The notes below the pieces were generated by a model. It had not been told where the DNA came from and searched no databases. It saw nothing but the letters and a program-made list of their open reading frames with translations. From NCBI GenBank assembly GCA_964342815.1, contig CAYFHS010000006.1, positions 64,001 through 128,000 of the forward strand: DNA of 64,000 nt, given 5' to 3'. Positions 59,201 to 64,000 of this stretch are shown here, piece after piece; the first letter of the stretch is position 1, and every line of letters begins with the position of its first letter. Source of the DNA: an uncultured archaeon (GTDB lineage Archaea; Thermoplasmatota; Penumbrarchaeia; JASLWR01). The position numbers were made by a program, and so were the translations under genes.

Positions 59201-59602
59201 CAATCATCTCAGGTACCGGGAATATCCATAGAAAAAGATCCCCTTCCCAAATCGATAGATGTGGGGATATTGAATGAAGATATAGAATGGGACCCGATCA
59301 GAATTATCCAAGGCAGGCCAATTGGAGCCCGTAGTGTGAAGAAAACAATACCCGTTCCAATCCTCGCAAATCCTTTTGATATTACCAAAAGGCAGGGATG
59401 CCTGAATTTTTATAATATGCTTCTTGGGAAAAAAAAGTTCAAAATTAAATTATCGTCCGATTCCACACCCGATCAGATCAAGAAAGCGCGCAGGATAATA
59501 ATCAAGAATTATCATCCCGATAAATGGCAGAGCGACAAAGATAAGGCCACCTTTCTCATGAAGAGGATCAACGTCGCGTGGGACTTGCTTTCTAAAAAAT
59601 AA
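56240..59602 (+). CDS. Seven-repeat beta-propeller + Ig/PKD surface protein with TM and C-terminal J-domain, copy 2 (intact)
   Basis: Same architecture as copy 1. C-terminus DSTPDQIKKARRIIIKNYHPDKWQSDKDKATFLMKRINVAWDLL is a DnaJ J-domain with HPD. Confidence 0.9.
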   Translation: MKFISIPFVFLLLSGIFAGIVNLEVEFGKGDLSEVEVVQIGDTERGTSFSLGTRGNNWYSVQIDTLGYRGQTTIALDSNNQAHISYYDSSNNELKYSNFDGNKWSIDFIDPAGGYGAYPSIAIDNLNQPHMSYYGNGDLKYAYLKWMEWQTEMVDFVGDVGYHTSLALDSDNHPHISYYDNSNTDLKYAYHDGAEWQTEIVDSQGIVGSYTSIALDSQDLPHISYFDYTNYDLKYAFFDGSRWHNQTLDSNGNVGRYTSLAVDSNDRPHISYVDYSYSDLKYTAYDGTNWQTETVDLQGPHDAYTSIALDSNDRPHISYHDNSNRDLKYAIFDGSIWRTEIVDTEGGEASSLALDDKDIPHISYDCSTGGYGYYLKYTTLDYDPPILLSDKSPDFATTGDEFDFKISAWDITEVGEVYIDWAHGKKTGIENLSKSGEYWKSNVRLDHNLSKMTYTIYMDDIMGNRFNSSLQTVNITDNDLPVLEQPKHMQGYAGEPITFRIPIGDNIALERVHFAYWYGSGSYNYSVVNNSQNTWNITITAPTNELWFSYYFSAMDTSGNWADTPIYNIELYDIKAPVLLDDLTSGQPKTGKLFRIQMRAWDHFGISSVNLFYSSDVNTYVDDPMIYFYQHDFWESSITIPIDATYIYYYFIITDSNGNSLLTDIRNIDVLDKQKPVADAGKDRIIKQHESVIFDGSSSRDNMGIVSYNWTFVYDNETILLTGERLSFSFSSFGIYSVTLTVSDKAGNIAKDIMIVDVKDTTPPKANASLFGKHNFTEGWYIFPENQVVYLDGRGSTDNDLIDKYIWRFEEGRKQIEIKGYLRSYTFSQPGVYTVILTTYDRSGNSGSDIMKLDVLGDETDFEIPEEPAGNPSPVKEKETEKEKDYSFYIYLGILLLPLFLTIDILLVMRYRRRKIKTRVSIEDPDYTEQSYEQIDKYVRRRKHREKTRQTWEIPGDSIFSYSTWEWLGAPPEGPVNPRYSNANDGWQSSQVPGISIEKDPLPKSIDVGILNEDIEWDPIRIIQGRPIGARSVKKTIPVPILANPFDITKRQGCLNFYNMLLGKKKFKIKLSSDSTPDQIKKARRIIIKNYHPDKWQSDKDKATFLMKRINVAWDLLSKK

Positions 59603-59619
59603 TATATCTCCCACAACTG

Positions 59620-59735
59620 GAAAAAATATGCAGTAACTCGCAATCCCCTTGGTCGAAAATAAATGCAGGTACACGCAGCCCCTTTCAGGCTCTGCTGTCC
59701 CTAAATTTTTCCATAAATGTAAAAATGCAGGTGCT
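59620..59735 (-). repeat. Three degenerate copies of the tRNA-Gly 3' end plus T-tract (att-like scars)
   Basis: aaaaaatatgcag (59621-33), aaatgcaggt (59661-70) and aaaaatgcaggtg (59721-33) match the tRNA end aaaaaatatgcaggtg. Confidence 0.4.
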
Positions 59736-59805
59736 CGCCCTGCTCCGGCGGAAACAAGTTCCGCCTGCCCCTTCAATTTTTTTCTCTCATAGTTCGAAAA
59801 AAATA

Positions 59806-59901
59806 TGCAGGTGTCGGGATTTGAACCCGAGCAGTAGGCTTTCTCCGGTAACAGTGTTACCGTGGAAGGCCCAAATCCTAACCAGGCTAGATCACACCTG
59901 C
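59806..59901 (-). tRNA. trnG: tRNA-Gly(TCC) with a 22-nt intron at canonical 37/38 (intron 59841-59862)
   Basis: Acceptor GCAGGTG/CACCTGC with discriminator A. T-loop GGTTCAAATCC. Anticodon loop CT-TCC-A|A. Bulge-helix-bulge: CUUC/GGAG helix, CAC and AAA bulges, intron hairpin GGTAAC-ACT-GTTACC. The spliced length is 74 nt. Confidence 0.97.
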
Positions 59902-59989
59902 ATCGTCGGTCCGGCGCTATCGGTTATTTGATATTTAAAGATATTTCTCGCTGGATATTGCTTTCATGACGAGACCCATGATGGCAGGC

Positions 59990-61207
59990 TCAATCTTCCA
60001 TATTGTCCAGGTATTCTTTGATCCTGAGAGCGAAAGATATCGCCTCACTGTCCATATTCTTCTCCAGAGCCCTCTCAGCCTGGAAAAGAGGTTTGGCGAG
60101 AATGCTGAGATGTTCCTCGTAATCGTCACGCTTCAGTAGAGTATTTCGGATGGAAGAATAGATTTCTCCTGCTTTCGGATAAAGATATTTCCCGGAAAGC
60201 GTTTCGATCATCTTCTCAGCATCCCCGAAGGTTTTAAGGGCCTTTTCGAATTTCCCGGAGTTGATCTCCCACTCCGCCTGCGAAAGGAATTTATCCACAC
60301 GGTATATCTTGAAGATCGCTCTCTCATCCTCATCCACCTCCGAGAACTCATGTAACGCCTGAACCCGCAGACCGAGATTTTCCGATATCTCCTCGCATTC
60401 CTGGTATTTTCCTGCTAGGTCCCCCGCATCTATTTCATCCTCGAATTCCTGTGCACATGATGGGCAAACAGTATCCTCGGTATTCAAAGCGGCACCGCAC
60501 TCGGAGCATACATAATCTCCCGTTTTTTCCTCCACCTCCATATCTTCCGCCTCGTAAGGCACTGTCTTTGCAACAGTAATCGTACGCAGACCCAGAGGCC
60601 CGGTTCTTTCCTCTATTACTATCTTTTCCCTTCGCGCAGACTCCATTAAAGGTTCTTCGGGAGGTACTAACATCTCCTCCTCTGCCGGCGGTGGGGGCGG
60701 TGCCATCTCCTCTCCTTCATCTTCTTCTTCCATTACCTCATCGATATCCTCTTCCTCTTTACGGGTTTGCATGAAGGGAAGCATGGTTGGTTCTTTAAAG
60801 GAAGTTTCTGGTTCTGAAGAGCTTTTCGCCACAGGGGGCCCCGCTTTTTTTGTTACCTTGGGAGGCTCTTCCGCGGGTTTAGCCGCTCCATACTGCTGGA
60901 CGATGGATTTCTTACGTTTGACGCCGAAGAGATTATCCTGAATCTCCTTCTCACAGGCCTCGAGATTAGCTTTCGCAGAGTCATTTTCCTCGTTGATCTG
61001 CAGGGCACGTTTGAAGCATTTGAGGGCAAAGTTCAGGTTATCGATTTCTCTGTATGCCAATCCCATATTATTCCAAGCTTTATCAAATTGTGGGAAGGTC
61101 GAAACTGCTCCCAGATAATACTTGATAGCAGCAGGATAATCCTTTTTCATGAATGTTTCATCACCAAGCTTCTTCAACGATTCCGCTTTGGGGGATATTT
61201 CTGACAT
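59990..61207 (-). CDS. TPR-repeat protein with a Pro/Glu-rich linker, zinc ribbon and helical C-terminal domain
   Basis: TPRs with AWNNMGLAY..ALKCFKRALQINEEN. CSECG...CPSC. Confidence 0.85.
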   Translation of the reverse strand: MSEISPKAESLKKLGDETFMKKDYPAAIKYYLGAVSTFPQFDKAWNNMGLAYREIDNLNFALKCFKRALQINEENDSAKANLEACEKEIQDNLFGVKRKKSIVQQYGAAKPAEEPPKVTKKAGPPVAKSSSEPETSFKEPTMLPFMQTRKEEEDIDEVMEEEDEGEEMAPPPPPAEEEMLVPPEEPLMESARREKIVIEERTGPLGLRTITVAKTVPYEAEDMEVEEKTGDYVCSECGAALNTEDTVCPSCAQEFEDEIDAGDLAGKYQECEEISENLGLRVQALHEFSEVDEDERAIFKIYRVDKFLSQAEWEINSGKFEKALKTFGDAEKMIETLSGKYLYPKAGEIYSSIRNTLLKRDDYEEHLSILAKPLFQAERALEKNMDSEAISFALRIKEYLDNMED

Positions 61208-61285
61208 GGTTGCACCTCAGCTATGTTTATACATTTTCTCTTTTTATACTTTTCTAAGCTGTAAATCGGTAGGGTCAAAGACATG

Positions 61286-63676
61286 TTAATTAGTTGAACG
61301 GATCAATACTTCCACGTTACCGTAACGCCTAAGCAAATTGTATCGGGTATATATATATTCCCTGAAATAGTCTCTGTTAGTAAAGAAAACGTCCTTGACG
61401 TTCTGGTCCACAATTACTATCTTGACTTCATTATTATCCATGTATTGAATTATCTCGTGGACCGTGGGATAGCTAAACTCTTTAAGTCCGTATTCGTTCT
61501 CACCTACATATTCCTGGTAAAGCAGCGGATGGGTTATGTTGAATATAACATGCCTGTTCGATTGAAACGCGTATATCGGCCATGCGAATATCTCATCTTT
61601 TTCCCCGGTATTTTCTTCAATATAACCGGAAATACTCCTGATGGTCGATACCGAGGGGTGTTGTTCTTCACGGCCCACATAGACGTTATAGGGATCAACG
61701 ACGTACATATAAACTGGCAATACAAGTATGATCACTACCAGGGCTGATGTTATAATCCTTTTATTCATGTTTAGGATGGCTGATTTTCTGAGGATTGTTT
61801 TAGCCTTATTTTCCGATCGATCTTTGCCTTGGTTGATGTGACATCCTCCTTTATCCGCCGGAAAAAGCCCAACCAGAACAACTGCCGAGATAATGCAGAG
61901 ACCAGGTGCCATCTCAGAAAAATAGATCGGCATCCACCACCATCGAAGAAAATAAAACAGGAATGGAACAATGATCAGAAAAATGGGGACAGCAAAGCGG
62001 TACTTCAGGCCTGGGGAATTTTTTTTATATTCGGCGGTATTATCCAACCGAAAACGATCATCGGCTATGATATAAGCCGCAATATATCCTGTAAAAAGGG
62101 TGAATCCGAGAAATACTGCCTTGGAAATATTAACATTATCATAAACCTGTGTGAGAATGATGGGGCATGCAATAGTCATTGAAGTACCTATAAATAAGAC
62201 GATATGTTGGAAATTTTTTCCTCCCAGCAGATCTGTGAATCGATTTTTCACTATCTTCATTTTCCACATGACGCAAATCTTTGCGCTCATAATAATTCCC
62301 GCCGCAAGCGTGCCTGCAAATAGGATCAGGACCGTACGATCTCGATAAATTGCCTTTGAAATTGCGGTCATATAGATGATATATAGAATGATTATTGCCG
62401 TGTAGTAGAGTTTAGCATTACCCTGACCATATTTTTTAATTACGGTTTTCCCGAGATTTAGTAACAGTAGCAGAATTACTGCCAGGATATACGCTTTCAT
62501 AGCCCATTCAATAAATGTATTTGACAGCTCCATTCCGGGAATCAAAGCAGCAACGGCAAGTGGTAGGGACAGTGGAAAAAGCCTTTTTACTACCTTTCCT
62601 GGACTGGACTTTTTGTCTGACAAAGGAATCCACGGTCGGGTTAAAATAAAAATAATACCGAAGACGGCTAGTACATAGGCTGCTGTGGCAAGAAAACCCC
62701 CGGGGGAGCTTGCAATAAAGCCCTCCAGCTCATTGAGTGATAGGGCAGTATGCATGAGAATGATCGAGATCGCAGCGGTCAATGATACAAACAATCGATA
62801 ATAGTTTTGTTTTAAGAACCGTTTCATGGCAGATGAGATGAATATCATGAAAAATACCGCTAAATACCACATCTGGTATCCCAATTCCTTTAGGTTCCAT
62901 ATGATGGTCTTTTCCAGCTCTATATATCTCCATAACTCGCTGATGTTATACATAGATCGGACCATGTTCATGTTTGCGTCGTTTACAAGAAAGAAAAGCA
63001 AAGCCAAAAACACTATGGAGAAGCTCACCGTAAAAATTATCGCATTGACTAAAAAGATCGAGAACCATTCCTTTCGGGATTTTTTTTTTCGGATTACCGG
63101 AACGGAAGAATAAATAAAATAGAAAATAGGAAGCGCCACGGCATAAATGGCTGAAGACCTGCGGACCAATACGGCCAATGAAAGCACGATTCCGGAAATA
63201 AAGAAATTTTTTTTACTCTGGAAATCACAACCCTTCAGGAAAAAATGTATGGAAATGAGAACGAAAAGGATACTTACGGGTTCGGTTACCGCAATAAAAC
63301 CGTATCTTAGGGGGAAAGGTGAGAGAGCGTAAAGAAGACCGCTGAGCACGGCGGCCCTCTCCGAAAAATATTTTTTTGCGATGGAATAAATTAAAACCGC
63401 GGATAAGGACGACGATAAGACAGATACAAGCCTCCCAAAAAAGATATCATGAGTGGTAAGCTTTACCATTCCCCCGATCATGTATAGTAGAAGGGGTGAC
63501 CTCCCAAAGAAATCCCGGTAGGGAATCTGACCGTCCATAGTCAGACTGCTGTTTGCCAGGTACCAGGCTTCATCGAAATCCAGGGGCATCCTTTCAGCGA
63601 GGAAAAGTCGAATAACAAGAGCGGAAAGAAAGATGATCGCCCCATTGATGAGCGTTTCTCTTTTCAATGGCGACAT
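61286..63676 (-). CDS. GT-C fold glycosyltransferase (GT39/PMT/ArnT-like) with an extended TM region
   Basis: DFDEAWY, PYRDFFGRSPLLLY, ALSPF and TEPV motifs. Many TM helices and a C-terminal soluble domain. Confidence 0.85.
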   Translation of the reverse strand: MSPLKRETLINGAIIFLSALVIRLFLAERMPLDFDEAWYLANSSLTMDGQIPYRDFFGRSPLLLYMIGGMVKLTTHDIFFGRLVSVLSSSLSAVLIYSIAKKYFSERAAVLSGLLYALSPFPLRYGFIAVTEPVSILFVLISIHFFLKGCDFQSKKNFFISGIVLSLAVLVRRSSAIYAVALPIFYFIYSSVPVIRKKKSRKEWFSIFLVNAIIFTVSFSIVFLALLFFLVNDANMNMVRSMYNISELWRYIELEKTIIWNLKELGYQMWYLAVFFMIFISSAMKRFLKQNYYRLFVSLTAAISIILMHTALSLNELEGFIASSPGGFLATAAYVLAVFGIIFILTRPWIPLSDKKSSPGKVVKRLFPLSLPLAVAALIPGMELSNTFIEWAMKAYILAVILLLLLNLGKTVIKKYGQGNAKLYYTAIIILYIIYMTAISKAIYRDRTVLILFAGTLAAGIIMSAKICVMWKMKIVKNRFTDLLGGKNFQHIVLFIGTSMTIACPIILTQVYDNVNISKAVFLGFTLFTGYIAAYIIADDRFRLDNTAEYKKNSPGLKYRFAVPIFLIIVPFLFYFLRWWWMPIYFSEMAPGLCIISAVVLVGLFPADKGGCHINQGKDRSENKAKTILRKSAILNMNKRIITSALVVIILVLPVYMYVVDPYNVYVGREEQHPSVSTIRSISGYIEENTGEKDEIFAWPIYAFQSNRHVIFNITHPLLYQEYVGENEYGLKEFSYPTVHEIIQYMDNNEVKIVIVDQNVKDVFFTNRDYFREYIYTRYNLLRRYGNVEVLIRSTN

Positions 63677-63777
63677 TATCCGTCACCTGTATTATCGGTA
63701 CTTAAATCTATCCGAATAAACTTGGTAACCTTCACCCTTTCATGCTTCTCCGGGGTTATTCTCTTCAATAAGGCCAT
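63676..63777 (-). CDS. Possible 33-aa bridging micro-ORF
   Basis: ATG immediately follows the upstream TGA. Its TAA overlaps the glycosyltransferase ATG. Translation MALLKRITPEKHERVKVTKFIRIDLSTDNTGDG. Confidence 0.3.
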   Translation of the reverse strand: MALLKRITPEKHERVKVTKFIRIDLSTDNTGDG

Positions 63778-63999
63778 TCAGATATCTCTTACCTTTCTGC
63801 CAAAGGCGATTCTACCCTGAATCCTATCGATCTTGATCTTCACCCGGGCACCCTTAGCCACTCCTGCAATGAAAATCGTATAACCTCCCTCTTTTGCAAC
63901 TCCGTCTCCCTGTTTCCCGATATCCGTTATCAACACATCCACTTCCGCTCCCTCACGTACCGCAGATAGTTCGGTTTTTCTACCACCTTTTTTGACCTT
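63778..63999 (-). CDS. TRAM-domain C-terminus (5'-partial), probably a translation initiation factor 2 beta-TRAM fusion
   Basis: Own translation: KVKKGGRKTELSAVREGAEVDVLITDIGKQGDGVAKEGGYTIFIAGVAKGARVKIKIDRIQGRIAFGRKVRDI*. I.DIG..GDGVAK..GY.IF is the TRAM signature. Confidence 0.75.
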   Translation of the reverse strand, partial: KVKKGGRKTELSAVREGAEVDVLITDIGKQGDGVAKEGGYTIFIAGVAKGARVKIKIDRIQGRIAFGRKVRDI

Positions 64000-64000
64000 G

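Noticed and set aside
1-64000. Mobile-element enzymes, reverse transcriptase/DGR or defence nucleases
   Set aside because: No ORF shows transposase, integrase, RT, HEPN, PD-(D/E)xK or cas motifs recognisable by eye.

Overview
Archaeal chromosomal window, most consistent with a Thermoplasmatota lineage. This is an inference from the membrane-anchored LonB, TrmY, a DRG-family GTPase, an intron-containing tRNA-Gly with a bulge-helix-bulge, a probable aIF-2beta-TRAM fusion at the right edge, and many type-I membrane proteins with zinc-ribbon or acidic tails. Housekeeping genes (mscS-like channel, acyl-CoA dehydrogenase, lonB, radical SAM, trmY, metallophosphoesterase, phosphoribosyltransferase, DRG, flippase, GT39-like glycosyltransferase) are mixed with many large surface proteins built from FN3/PKD/CARDB/Ig, beta-propeller and beta-helix modules. 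There is also a MoxR-DUF58-DUF4350-DUF4129 operon. The most unusual items are: (1) a tight five-gene operon (32.3-34.3 kb) with a tandem PRC-barrel, a stand-alone Cdc48/NSF-type double-psi barrel and three paralogous coiled-coil proteins, one membrane-anchored; (2) two tandemly duplicated propeller surface proteins with a cytoplasmic J-domain, one interrupted by an in-frame TAG; (3) an Ig-repeat protein whose CxC and His residues co-vary between repeats, next to a Cys-rewired thioredoxin/CcdA fusion with a His-rich loop; (4) two hairpin-dense intergenic elements, one with a twice-repeated covarying hairpin; (5) a C4HC3 RING-like gene coupled to a surface receptor; (6) degenerate tRNA 3'-end copies beside tRNA-Gly. 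No CRISPR array, transposase, integrase or rRNA was found. All family assignments come from motif recognition by eye, not from database searches.
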